The notes under the pieces: model-generated
What the model saw: the letters and a program-made list of their open reading frames with translations, nothing else
What the model was told of the DNA's origin: nothing
The model's database searches: none
Origin: an uncultured Candidatus Saccharibacteria bacterium
Lineage (GTDB): Bacteria > Patescibacteriota > Minisyncoccia > Phycocordibacterales > Phycocordibacteraceae
Direction: 5' to 3'
DNA: 62,469 bases
NCBI GenBank assembly: GCA_964398865.1
Contig: CAYNOO010000004.1
Location: 1 to 62,469 of the forward strand
Made by a program: the position numbers and the translations under genes
In this document: one piece after another, positions 49,377 through 58,585 of the stretch
Layout of the letters: each line of letters starts with the position of its first letter
Numbering within the stretch: position 1 is the first letter of the stretch

Positions 49377-50669
49377 TCAACTCAAGACGAGCGCGTCAGC
49401 AACCCTATAGATGTCACCCGCCCCCATCGTCATGAGAATGGTTTCGGGAGCAGAGACGGAACGGAGATACGCCTCTACCTCTTCTAGGGTTGCAAATGCG
49501 CGCGCCGGTTTCCCTTGTGCCGAAAGTTTTTCTGCAAGGGCGTAGCTCGTGACCCCCGGGACCGGATCTTCGCGAGCCGGATAGATAGGAGCAAAGACCA
49601 CTTCGTCAGCATCGGCAAATGACCTAGCAAATTCTTCCATTAAGTCACGAGTGCGCGAATAGAGATGAGGATGAAACGCGACAATTATTTTCATACCCGG
49701 AAACTCGGTACGTGCGGCTTTAAGGGTTGCGATGATTGCTGTCGGGTGATGCGCGTAGTCGTCATAGACGAGCGCGCCTTCCTTGGTCTCCCCTTTCTTT
49801 TCAAATCTTCTCCACGTTCCTTTGAATGAGGCTAGCGAGCGGTCAATAATCACCTCAGAAATTTCACCTATATATGGGTGAAATGATTTGACGGCTGATT
49901 TTGCGGCACGTGCATTGGCACGATTGAACTCACCAATAAGTTGTAGCTCGGGTACTTCTTCTTTTGTGTAATCAATAACACGGCATTTTGCATGTGCCAC
50001 AATCGGCACTATATTCGGGTCGTTCGGATTTGTGATGAGGGCACCATGCGGGGGCAACGCCGCAACGGCTTTGCCGAACATCTCTTGAAGTGCCGCGAGC
50101 GATGGAAACCAGTCCGTGTGATCCCACTCCACGTTAGTCAGAACAAGAATGGTGGGAGTGAGCTTCAGTACGTGATCGCGATACTCGCATCCTTCAACCA
50201 CAAACACATCACTCTTCCCTGCCAAAAAATTTGAACCGAACTCAGAAACTAAACTTCCGATAACCGCTGTTGGCTCTTTGCCTGTATCTTTCAAGATTTT
50301 TGCAAGCAGTGCCGTGGTGGTTGTTTTTCCGTGCGTGCCCGTCACTGCAATCGTGTACTTACCTTTTGAAACTTCTCCGAGTGCCTCAAAATATGAAATC
50401 TGCCTAAGATTCAATTCTTTCGAACGAATGCGCTCCGGATTGTCATCCCACACGGCATCTGAATACACAACCGTATCTATGTCAGCAGGAACATTCTCAG
50501 CTTTTTGTTCCAGATACACATGGATGCCTTTGCTTTCTAGAAGTTGGGTCGTGGGCGATACTTCGCGGTCAGAGCCGGTAACCGTTACGCCCTCATGCTG
50601 ATAGAGCTGCGCGAGTGCACTCATGCCAATGCCCCCAATACCTACCATGTAAATTTTCTTGGCATCCAT
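49377..50669 (-). CDS. murC: UDP-N-acetylmuramate--L-alanine ligase
   Basis: GIGGIGMS, GTHGKTTT, EGCEY, DDYAHHP, FHPH.YSRT. Confidence 0.93.
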   Translation of the reverse strand: MDAKKIYMVGIGGIGMSALAQLYQHEGVTVTGSDREVSPTTQLLESKGIHVYLEQKAENVPADIDTVVYSDAVWDDNPERIRSKELNLRQISYFEALGEVSKGKYTIAVTGTHGKTTTTALLAKILKDTGKEPTAVIGSLVSEFGSNFLAGKSDVFVVEGCEYRDHVLKLTPTILVLTNVEWDHTDWFPSLAALQEMFGKAVAALPPHGALITNPNDPNIVPIVAHAKCRVIDYTKEEVPELQLIGEFNRANARAAKSAVKSFHPYIGEISEVIIDRSLASFKGTWRRFEKKGETKEGALVYDDYAHHPTAIIATLKAARTEFPGMKIIVAFHPHLYSRTRDLMEEFARSFADADEVVFAPIYPAREDPVPGVTSYALAEKLSAQGKPARAFATLEEVEAYLRSVSAPETILMTMGAGDIYRVADALVLS

Positions 50670-50672
50670 ATG

Positions 50673-51371
50673 TTATGAAAGAAAATTATCCATCAACGTG
50701 TAGCATTGCTCTTTCATCACTGGCTCGAGCGCCTTAGCATTCTTCAAAAGATTTTCTTCATCAAGATCAAAACCAGTCCGCGCCCATGAGTCTTCTGTCG
50801 CGATATCTCGTAAGAGCTCAGGCGTTATCTCTATGTGAAACTGCAGGCCATAGGCGTTACCTCGCGAAAACGCTTGGTTGGTGCAGAGAGGAGCAGAAGC
50901 CAGAAGCGAAGCGCCAGGTGGCAGGTCAAACGTGTCTCCATGCCATTGAAGTACTTGAAAATGCGGCGGAAATCCTTTGAAAAGCGGATGTTCTGCCCCT
51001 TCAGGGGTAAGTTCTATATCGTAGTAGCCAATCTCCTTGATGCATTCGCCTCCTTTCTTTAGAGGGTATACGCGCGCACCGAGCGCATGGGCAATGAGTT
51101 GCGCGCCTAAGCATATTCCCAAGATTGGAATATTTCCGATGTTCTCTTTTATAAGAGCAAGCTCATCGTCTTTTGAGGGGAATTCTTCATAGACACCCAT
51201 GGGACCGCCAAGAATTATCAAGGCATCATAAGAAGCTATCGGAGGCAGCATGTACGGCTCCCAAAGCTTGATGACATCCAAATCAAATCCCCGCTCATTG
51301 GCATACTCCGCGATACGACTTGAGTGCTCTCTTTCTATATGTTGCAGGGCGAGAAGTTTTTTCATATTCAA
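50673..51371 (-). CDS. Class I glutamine amidotransferase (stand-alone)
   Basis: GGPMG, GICLGAQ (Cys nucleophile), WHGD, QFHIE (His-x-Glu). Confidence 0.85.
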   Translation of the reverse strand: MNMKKLLALQHIEREHSSRIAEYANERGFDLDVIKLWEPYMLPPIASYDALIILGGPMGVYEEFPSKDDELALIKENIGNIPILGICLGAQLIAHALGARVYPLKKGGECIKEIGYYDIELTPEGAEHPLFKGFPPHFQVLQWHGDTFDLPPGASLLASAPLCTNQAFSRGNAYGLQFHIEITPELLRDIATEDSWARTGFDLDEENLLKNAKALEPVMKEQCYTLMDNFLS

Positions 51372-51374
51372 CGC

Positions 51375-52703
51375 TTATAGTTTATTCACCAATTCTACAA
51401 ACTGATCTCCCCTATCAAATTCATTCTTGAACATACCAAACGATGCGAATGCAGGACTGAAAAGAATCAAATCTCCTTCTACCGCAGACGCAAGCGCATC
51501 ATTGAGGGCATCTTGCAGGCGGTCATACACGGGCGCAGCACCAAAAGAAGTTACATGATCTTGGATAAACTTTTCAGTTCCGGACCCTGCAAGGAAAATT
51601 ACTTTCTTCGCGTACGCGGGGGTGAGCGATGCAAGCTCTTCCATGTTGAGTCCTTTATCCGCACCGCCCATGATGATGATGGCGCGAGAACCTGGGATGG
51701 CGCGAAATGCCGCTATGGTTGCTTCAGGTGTTGTCGCGGTCGTGTCGTTGTATATAGCAACACCCCTAATTTCTCGTACAAACTCGAGCCTGCCCGGAAC
51801 TGGCTTGAAGTGACTCGCCACTTCCTTTATTATCTCGTCATCAATACCAAGGACGCGTGCTGCTTCTATCGCACACACTGCATTTAGAAGATTGTGCACA
51901 CCTAAGATTTGGATTTCCCAACCTGCAGGAAAATTTCCAGGGTTCGCAACAATCACGCGCGAACGGATCTTATTGCGATACTTCTCTTTTATAAGGTCCA
52001 CAATCTCGCTTCCTATGATAAGCGTATCCTCAGGAGCTTGGTTGAGGAAAATCTGCGCCTTATCTTCCAAATACGCATCACTATCATTTTTATAGTAATT
52101 CATATGGTCAGACATGAAGGAAGTGAAGACCGCAAGGTTTGGACTTATGCCCGCTTCTCCAAACCCGTGGCACTGCCAGGAATCCAACTCCATGAGCGCA
52201 ATCGAGTCTTTCTTCACCTGCGGCAAAAGAGAAAGTGTTGAAACACCGCGCACGTTGCCACCCAAGATTACATCCATGCCAGCTCGCTGCATGATTTCAT
52301 TCAATAGATGCGTGACGGTTGATTTGCCGCGGGTACCGGTAACGCCAACTGAGGGAATCTGAGCAAGCTCCAAAAACCACGATGCACTCATCTTTATGGG
52401 TATGCCGTTCTTATGTGCCTCCTTTATATACATAGAGTCGAGAGGCACCCCTGCCGCCTTCAATATGAAATCCCTGTCTTGGAAGTCAGCAAGCTCATGA
52501 CCGCCAAGGCGGTACTGGATATTAGGAAAATGTTTCAGTTCATCGAGCGAAGCGCGCAACTCTGAGTCGCTCTTAAGGTCAGTCACGATGAGCTCCGCAC
52601 CCTGCTCTGCCAGGAATCTTGCATCCCCCACTCCTCGTCCCAAAAGACCCAACCCCATGAGGGTTATTCGCTTCCCTTTAAAAAATTCTGCCGACGAATC
52701 CAC
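51375..52703 (-). CDS. murD: UDP-MurNAc-L-Ala--D-glutamate ligase
   Basis: GLGLLGRG, GTRGKST, ELDSWQ, DHMNYY, GRLE, NDT.AT, GGADK, SPAFASF. Confidence 0.93.
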   Translation of the reverse strand: MDSSAEFFKGKRITLMGLGLLGRGVGDARFLAEQGAELIVTDLKSDSELRASLDELKHFPNIQYRLGGHELADFQDRDFILKAAGVPLDSMYIKEAHKNGIPIKMSASWFLELAQIPSVGVTGTRGKSTVTHLLNEIMQRAGMDVILGGNVRGVSTLSLLPQVKKDSIALMELDSWQCHGFGEAGISPNLAVFTSFMSDHMNYYKNDSDAYLEDKAQIFLNQAPEDTLIIGSEIVDLIKEKYRNKIRSRVIVANPGNFPAGWEIQILGVHNLLNAVCAIEAARVLGIDDEIIKEVASHFKPVPGRLEFVREIRGVAIYNDTTATTPEATIAAFRAIPGSRAIIIMGGADKGLNMEELASLTPAYAKKVIFLAGSGTEKFIQDHVTSFGAAPVYDRLQDALNDALASAVEGDLILFSPAFASFGMFKNEFDRGDQFVELVNKL

Positions 52704-52752
52704 TGCGGTGCATTGTACTATTAATGACCCTCATTAGGTGCTACTCTTGCGG

Positions 52753-52790
52753 TACCAGATTATTGACATTCTGGTAGGTTTCTTTAGAAT
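52753..52790 (+). promoter_or_regulatory. Sigma70-like promoter of the polyamine cluster with overlapping palindrome
   Basis: TTGACA 52763-52768, 16-nt spacer, TAGAAT 52785-52790; TACCAGA-N10-TCTGGTA spans the -35. Confidence 0.55.
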
Positions 52791-52811
52791 AACGCGCTCT
52801 AGAAGAATCAA

Positions 52812-54191
52812 ATGCCTCGATCAAAGAAAAACTATAAGCGATTCTGGAAACTCGGCCAGGACGAGTACAACACGCAATACTTCGACATCACTCCCGAGGG
52901 AGATTTGATGGTGAAGGAAGGCAACTATCAATACAACATCCACAACCTCATCAAGAAGTACGGGTCCCCTCTTGAGGTGGTATTCCCATTCATCCTTGAA
53001 AATCGTGTTCGCAACCTCATAGACATCTTTGACGCGTACATAAAGTTGTATGGCTATAAGGGTAAGTTCTACTACCACTACGCAATGAAAGTGAACCAGA
53101 ATAAGGAATTCGTCCTGCCGGTCGTTTCCGAAGGCGGGCACTTCGACGTTGCATCGGTCAACGAGTTGTGGCTCGTAAAGAAGATGCTCTTAGAGCAGAA
53201 ATTCAATCCTAAGATTCGCGTCATCTGCAATGGTCCAAAAACTGAAGCCTACATCACCCTTATCGAAGAGTTGAAGAGCAAAGGACTCACCGTCATCCCT
53301 ATCATCGAAGACTACAACGAGCTCGAGCGATTCAAAAACTTCAAAGGTGAAACCGGGATTCGTCTCAACATGAATATCCGTGTGCAGTCGCACTGGGATA
53401 AGCGTTTTAATCGCTACGGCTTCCGTGAGGATGAAATAGTGAAGCTTGGAAAAATTAGGAACTTGAGCGTTCTTCACTACCATATCTCATCTCAACTAGA
53501 GAAAGTAGATGGGCTCGTGGAACCATTGAAGCGCGCGCTCGAAATTTATGAAAAACTTCGCGAGAAAAATCCAGGGCTCGACACTATCGACATGGGCGGC
53601 GGGGCTGGTGTCCCTTACGAGAAGAAGGGCAAGTTCTATACAGGCAAATCAGCGATAAATAAGATAGTGCGTACTGCTAAGAACTACTGTGATAAAGCGG
53701 GCATCAGGCATCCAAACCTCATTGTTGAATGGGGACGCTATGTCGCCGCTCCCGCACAATTAACGCTCTACAAGATATTGACCGAGAAGAGTGTGAGTGA
53801 AGAAGGCGCGCGCAAGTGGTACATCATCGACGGCAGCTTCATGAACGATCTTTTGGACACCTGGGCTTTGAAGCAGAAATGGCACGTCACGCCTGCTAAC
53901 AACATGAAGAATAGAAAGCTGCAGCGTATTTGGTTTGCAGGCTCCTCGTGTGACTCTGATGATAAATACACGGCAGGAGGCGGAAATATCAGCATGCCTC
54001 GCCTTGAAGACTTGGAGACCAATGACCATCAGTATGTTGCCTTCTATGACACGGGGGCATACCAAGACGCGCTCGCTTCACACCACTGCCTACTCTCCTC
54101 ACCAGCAAAGATCATCTGCCAGGACGGTGAGATAAAATTGGCACGCAGACGCGAGACATCAGAAGATGTCGGGAAACAATTCGGCTGGTAG
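52812..54191 (+). CDS. speA: Orn/DAP/Arg decarboxylase (fold III PLP), probably arginine decarboxylase
   Basis: YAMKVN (PLP Lys), CNGPK, DMGGG, EWGRY, GSSCDSDD, GAYQD; context with aguA/aguB. Confidence 0.75.
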   Translation: MPRSKKNYKRFWKLGQDEYNTQYFDITPEGDLMVKEGNYQYNIHNLIKKYGSPLEVVFPFILENRVRNLIDIFDAYIKLYGYKGKFYYHYAMKVNQNKEFVLPVVSEGGHFDVASVNELWLVKKMLLEQKFNPKIRVICNGPKTEAYITLIEELKSKGLTVIPIIEDYNELERFKNFKGETGIRLNMNIRVQSHWDKRFNRYGFREDEIVKLGKIRNLSVLHYHISSQLEKVDGLVEPLKRALEIYEKLREKNPGLDTIDMGGGAGVPYEKKGKFYTGKSAINKIVRTAKNYCDKAGIRHPNLIVEWGRYVAAPAQLTLYKILTEKSVSEEGARKWYIIDGSFMNDLLDTWALKQKWHVTPANNMKNRKLQRIWFAGSSCDSDDKYTAGGGNISMPRLEDLETNDHQYVAFYDTGAYQDALASHHCLLSSPAKIICQDGEIKLARRRETSEDVGKQFGW

Positions 54192-54205
54192 CGGGGCGCT
54201 CGCGC

Positions 54206-54317
54206 CTGCTTTCTGGAATCTCAAAACCTGTCCAGCGACAGGCTTTGTTCGTCCTCGGCGCAGTTTCGCTGAAACAGCGAACCATGCAACTGCGCCTGCG
54301 AATGTTCCAGAAAGCAG
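54206..54317. other. Branched intergenic secondary-structure element
   Basis: Perfect 13-bp closing stem plus 6-, 9- and 7-bp internal stems. Confidence 0.7.
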
Positions 54318-54388
54318 ACACTCGCTTTTAAGGTGTCTTTTGAAACGACTCTCTTGATATGCATATTTTTGGCTCATTTTGATATAGT

Positions 54389-55405
54389 ATGGAAGATATG
54401 AAAAAAGCACCGGGAAAGAAAAAAGTAACAAAAAAGACCGGACCCATTCGGGCATTCATTGATCATAATTATCGGCACTTCAACGCAGCGGCTTTGAGGG
54501 ATGCAGCCATCGGATACGAGAAGCACATTGATGCAGGAGGAAAGATGATGGTCACCTTGGCTGGCGCGATGAGCACAGCGGAACTTGGCATCTCGCTTGC
54601 GGAGATGATTCGGAAAGGTAAAGTAGACATCATTTCATGCACGGGAGCTAACCTTGAAGAAGACTTGATGAATTTGGTTGCGCACAGTCACTACAAGCGC
54701 GTTCCTCATTACCGAGACCTTAGTCCCGAAGACGAGCGCGACCTTTTGGATAACCATTACAATCGCGTTACCGACACCTGCATCCCTGAAGAAGAAGCAT
54801 TCAGAAGACTTCAGAAACATATATTCAAACTTTGGAAGAAGGCGGACGATGCGGGCAAGCGATTCTTGCCTCACGAATACATGTACCAGCTCATCAAAAG
54901 CGGTGTTTTAAAGCAATACTACGAGATTGATCCGCAAGATAGCTGGATGATAGCTGCTGCTGAGAAAAATATTCCCATCGTGGTGGGCGGCTGGGAAGAC
55001 AGCACTATGGGCAATATCTTCGCCTCCTACGTCATCAAGAAGGAACTCAAAGCTTCAACGATGAAAAGCGGCATTGAGTACATGATTTACCTTACTGAGT
55101 GGTACCGAAAGAACTCCGGCGGCAAAGGTGTTGGATTCTTCCAGATAGGTGGTGGTATAGCTGGCGACTTCCCTATCTGTGTTGTGCCTATGATGTACCA
55201 GGATTTGGAATGGCACGACGTACCATTCTGGAGTTACTTCTGTCAGATAAGCGATTCCACCACCTCATACGGCTCCTATTCGGGCGCGGTACCTAATGAA
55301 AAAATAACGTGGGGCAAGTTGGATATAGATACCCCCAAATACATCATTGAATCCGACGCGACAATTGTCGCGCCGCTTATCTTCTCGTATATCCTCGGAA
55401 AATGA
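54389..55405 (+). CDS. Deoxyhypusine-synthase-like protein (probable homospermidine synthase, SpeY-type)
   Basis: HFNAA, TLAGAM, TGANLEED, YNRV.D, WEDST, IGGG, SYSGA..NEKITWGK, DAT. Start may be 54398. Confidence 0.85.
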   Translation: MEDMKKAPGKKKVTKKTGPIRAFIDHNYRHFNAAALRDAAIGYEKHIDAGGKMMVTLAGAMSTAELGISLAEMIRKGKVDIISCTGANLEEDLMNLVAHSHYKRVPHYRDLSPEDERDLLDNHYNRVTDTCIPEEEAFRRLQKHIFKLWKKADDAGKRFLPHEYMYQLIKSGVLKQYYEIDPQDSWMIAAAEKNIPIVVGGWEDSTMGNIFASYVIKKELKASTMKSGIEYMIYLTEWYRKNSGGKGVGFFQIGGGIAGDFPICVVPMMYQDLEWHDVPFWSYFCQISDSTTSYGSYSGAVPNEKITWGKLDIDTPKYIIESDATIVAPLIFSYILGK

Positions 55406-56256
55406 AAAAGAAAGTCACTGTTGCCGCGATACAAAGCAAGGTCTCTAAGGACGAACACGCGAACCTGAAACATACGCTCGCGCTCGTTCGCCGTGCCGCA
55501 AAGAAGGGCGCGAAGATAATCTCGCTTCAGGAGCTGTATCGGACGACATACTTCCCCCAGTATAAGAAGCAGGCCTTCGATAAATACTCAGAGACGATTC
55601 CTGGGGAGTCCACCAAAGCTTTCAGCGCGCTCGCGAAAGAGCTCGGGGTCATCATCATCGTTCCTTTGTTTGAGAAAGCGAAAGACGACCACTACTATAA
55701 TTCAGCCGTCGTCATCGACCACACCGGAAAGCTCCTGCCGACATACCGCAAGATTCATATTCCGCAGGATGCCTTATTTTATGAAAAGAATTACTTCAAA
55801 GAAAGTACCGACGGCTATAAAATCTACAAGACAAAATTTGGCACCTTCGCCGTTCTCATCTGCTATGACCAGTGGTTTCCTGAGGCTGCGCGCATGGCGA
55901 CCTTGGCGGGCGCTGACATCATCTTCTACCCCACCGCCATCGGGTATGTGCGCGGATACAATTCACCTGACGGCGATTGGCACGACGCGTGGGAAACAAT
56001 CATGCGTGGACACGCTATCGCAAACGGCGTTCATATTGTTGCAATCAATCGCACGGGGCGTGAAGATAAACTGAATTTCTGGGGGCAATCATTTGCCTGT
56101 GACTCATTCGGCAAGGTTCTGAAGCGCGCCAGTGCTACCAAAGAAGAGGTGCTCGTTGCAACGCTCGACCTCAGTCACAACAAACGCATTCGTGAGGGGT
56201 GGGGATTTTTCCGTAATCGCCGTCCAGAAACGTATAAATTTGATCCGACTACGTAA
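55402..56256 (+). CDS. aguB: N-carbamoylputrescine amidase (carbon-nitrogen hydrolase)
   Basis: LQEL (Glu), YRKIHIP (Lys), ICYDQWFPE (Cys), RGHAIANG. Confidence 0.85.
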   Translation: MKKKVTVAAIQSKVSKDEHANLKHTLALVRRAAKKGAKIISLQELYRTTYFPQYKKQAFDKYSETIPGESTKAFSALAKELGVIIIVPLFEKAKDDHYYNSAVVIDHTGKLLPTYRKIHIPQDALFYEKNYFKESTDGYKIYKTKFGTFAVLICYDQWFPEAARMATLAGADIIFYPTAIGYVRGYNSPDGDWHDAWETIMRGHAIANGVHIVAINRTGREDKLNFWGQSFACDSFGKVLKRASATKEEVLVATLDLSHNKRIREGWGFFRNRRPETYKFDPTT

Positions 56257-56258
56257 CA

Positions 56259-57293
56259 ATGCAAACACCAAAAGAGTTAGGTTTTTCAATGCCCGCGGAG
56301 TGGGAAAGGCACACGGCAGTCTGGCTCTCGTGGCCTCACGACACCACCTCATTCCCCCACCTCAAAGAAGCAGAAGAGTCTTTTGCTGAATTTATAAAAG
56401 AGATTTCCACTTCAGAAAAAGTAGAGCTCCAGGTCTTGAATGAAGTGATGCTCGACCACGTAACTGAAATACTTGAGGCGCGAGGTGTTGATATGAGCAG
56501 AATCACCTTTCATCCGGCTAATTACGCGGATATATGGTTTCGCGACTATGGTCCCTTGTTCATCGTGAACCGCGAGACGAAGGAGCTCGCGATGACAAAG
56601 TGGATTTTCAATGCCTGGGGCGATAAGTACCAAACACTACTTAAAGACAACGCCACACCTCATCGGATGAATGAGGCAATGAAGCTCAAAGTATTCGAGC
56701 CCGGAATCGTGATGGAGGGCGGCTCTATAGAGGTGAATGGAAAAGGTACCTTAATGACAACGGAGCAGTGTCTCTTAAATAAGAACCGAAATCCGGAACT
56801 CTCTCGGGAGCAGATCGAAGCTTCACTCCGTGATTACTTAGGTGTACGGCATTTCGTCTGGCTTAAAGAAGGAATAGAGGGAGATGATACCGATGGACAC
56901 ATAGACGACATCGCGCGCTTCGTGAACGACACGACAGTCTTATGCGCCTACGAAGAAGATACGACGAGTGCAGACTATGCGACTTTGAAAGAAAATTTTC
57001 AGATTCTACAGCGCTCTGTCGACCAGAGCGGTACGCCACTTACTGTCATTAAGCTTCCAACGCCTGGGGCAATCTCCGCTCACAAGGAGCGTTTGCCCGC
57101 AAGCTACGCAAACTTTTATATTGGCAATACGAAAGTGTTGGTGCCCATCTTCGGCACACTCAACGACCAAAAAGCTTTAGGCATTATTCAGTCGGTTTTC
57201 CCTGACCGGAAAGTAATCGGCATCGATGCAACTTACCTTGTATACGGCATGGGCACTTTCCACTGTATGAGCCAGCAGCAACCGGAGGTTTAA
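56259..57293 (+). CDS. aguA: Agmatine deiminase (PPAD family)
   Basis: MPAEW, W.RDYGP, EGGSIEVNG, DTDGHIDD, SYANFY, G.FHC.SQQQP. Confidence 0.92.
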   Translation: MQTPKELGFSMPAEWERHTAVWLSWPHDTTSFPHLKEAEESFAEFIKEISTSEKVELQVLNEVMLDHVTEILEARGVDMSRITFHPANYADIWFRDYGPLFIVNRETKELAMTKWIFNAWGDKYQTLLKDNATPHRMNEAMKLKVFEPGIVMEGGSIEVNGKGTLMTTEQCLLNKNRNPELSREQIEASLRDYLGVRHFVWLKEGIEGDDTDGHIDDIARFVNDTTVLCAYEEDTTSADYATLKENFQILQRSVDQSGTPLTVIKLPTPGAISAHKERLPASYANFYIGNTKVLVPIFGTLNDQKALGIIQSVFPDRKVIGIDATYLVYGMGTFHCMSQQQPEV

Positions 57294-57376
57294 CCGTCGC
57301 AAAGTTCCTTATTTTTGTTCGGTCGCACAGAAGTGCGACACCCTACGAAACATACTCACTACGTTCGTTGTTTCTG

Positions 57377-57458
57377 TGGGCGCGGGGAGACTCGAACTCC
57401 CAACCCTTGCAGGATACGCTTCTGAGGCGTACGCGTATACCAGTTCCGCCACGCGCCC
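57377..57458 (-). tRNA. tRNA-Leu(CAG)
   Basis: GGGCGCG/CGCGCCC, TACGC-CTCAGAA-GCGTA, long variable arm. Confidence 0.95.
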
Positions 57459-57499
57459 TTGAACGGAGACTATAACAAATTAAGGATTTCTTTGCTGCT

Positions 57500-58582
57500 C
57501 TAGATTGATTCAAGTGCTTTGCACAACCTTTCAAATTCTTCTTCGGAGTGAGCTGGAAAATTTCCGATGCGAATATGATTTTCTTTGTGGAATCCGTAGC
57601 CCGAGCTCACTACTATTCCCCTCTCCTTAAGGGCTTGGATTACCGGAAGCGATCCTCCTTTTACAGTAGCTACAAGCGTGGTGACTGAGCGAGCACTAGG
57701 GTCTTGGACGAACGGATTTAAAACAGAGCTTTCCTCAAACAAATTGTAGAGCTGCCCCGCGCGCACCTTAGTGGTACTTCGCAACTCTTGGATTTCTTCT
57801 GCCATCTCGCCGGCAACTTTCATAAGAAGATAGAGCCCAAGAACATTTGGCGTCTCCGGAGTTTGATTGCGCTCCGCATATTTCTTAAGCTCAAGGAAAC
57901 TATGAAAACTGCCTATTGATGTCTTGGCAGAGAGATCTTCCGCTTTTGCAAGCGCCCGAGGGCTCACGATCAATGCGCCTAAGCCCGCCGGCAGACCGAA
58001 GCATTTTTGGACTGAAAAGAACGCGCAATCGATATCCTTGAACTCAACTTCAGCGATGGGGGCTGAGGAAACGATATCTACCCCGATGAGCACGTCCGGA
58101 TACTTAGCGCGAAGCATTTCTATGGCTGAAGGACGGATTGCACTACCCATGCTCGTTTCATTCTGGGTAACACAGATTATTTCTGCTGCATCAGAAAAAG
58201 AAACATTCTGTAAATCAGGAACTGCCCCATCAGCTGCTGTGAGTGTCTCAGTCTTCCTACCTAATTCTTTACTTATGACCTCCCATCGCTTAGAGAAAGC
58301 TCCATATACAATATGAGCGCTCGTCTCACGAACGATATTCTCAATAATACGCTCCATCCCTTCCGTACCAGAAGACAGAAAAAAAATCTCATAATCGGCA
58401 GGGACACCAAGGAGTTTCCTCAAGGACACAATGGTAGCAGCGACTATGTCTTGAAAACCTTTACTGCGGTGCGAGATAGATGGAATGCCAAGCGAAAACG
58501 CTTCTGCTACATATCCAGATACGGATGGAAAGAGCGCGGAAGGACCGACAGTCCAGATATCAGATGTGGATTCACTTGGCAT
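57500..58582 (-). CDS. serC: Class V aminotransferase, probable phosphoserine aminotransferase
   Basis: GPS, SHRS..F, NETS.G, D.VSS, FSVQK.FG (PLP Lys), TPN; co-oriented with serB-serA. Confidence 0.75.
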   Translation of the reverse strand: MPSESTSDIWTVGPSALFPSVSGYVAEAFSLGIPSISHRSKGFQDIVAATIVSLRKLLGVPADYEIFFLSSGTEGMERIIENIVRETSAHIVYGAFSKRWEVISKELGRKTETLTAADGAVPDLQNVSFSDAAEIICVTQNETSMGSAIRPSAIEMLRAKYPDVLIGVDIVSSAPIAEVEFKDIDCAFFSVQKCFGLPAGLGALIVSPRALAKAEDLSAKTSIGSFHSFLELKKYAERNQTPETPNVLGLYLLMKVAGEMAEEIQELRSTTKVRAGQLYNLFEESSVLNPFVQDPSARSVTTLVATVKGGSLPVIQALKERGIVVSSGYGFHKENHIRIGNFPAHSEEEFERLCKALESI

Positions 58583-58585
58583 ACA

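Noticed and set aside
57300-57376. Full tRNA-3' element at tRNA-Leu
   Set aside because: There is only a short hairpin and a weak inverted acceptor copy (57338-57346); the 25-nt insert, core and distal direct repeat are absent. At most a remnant.
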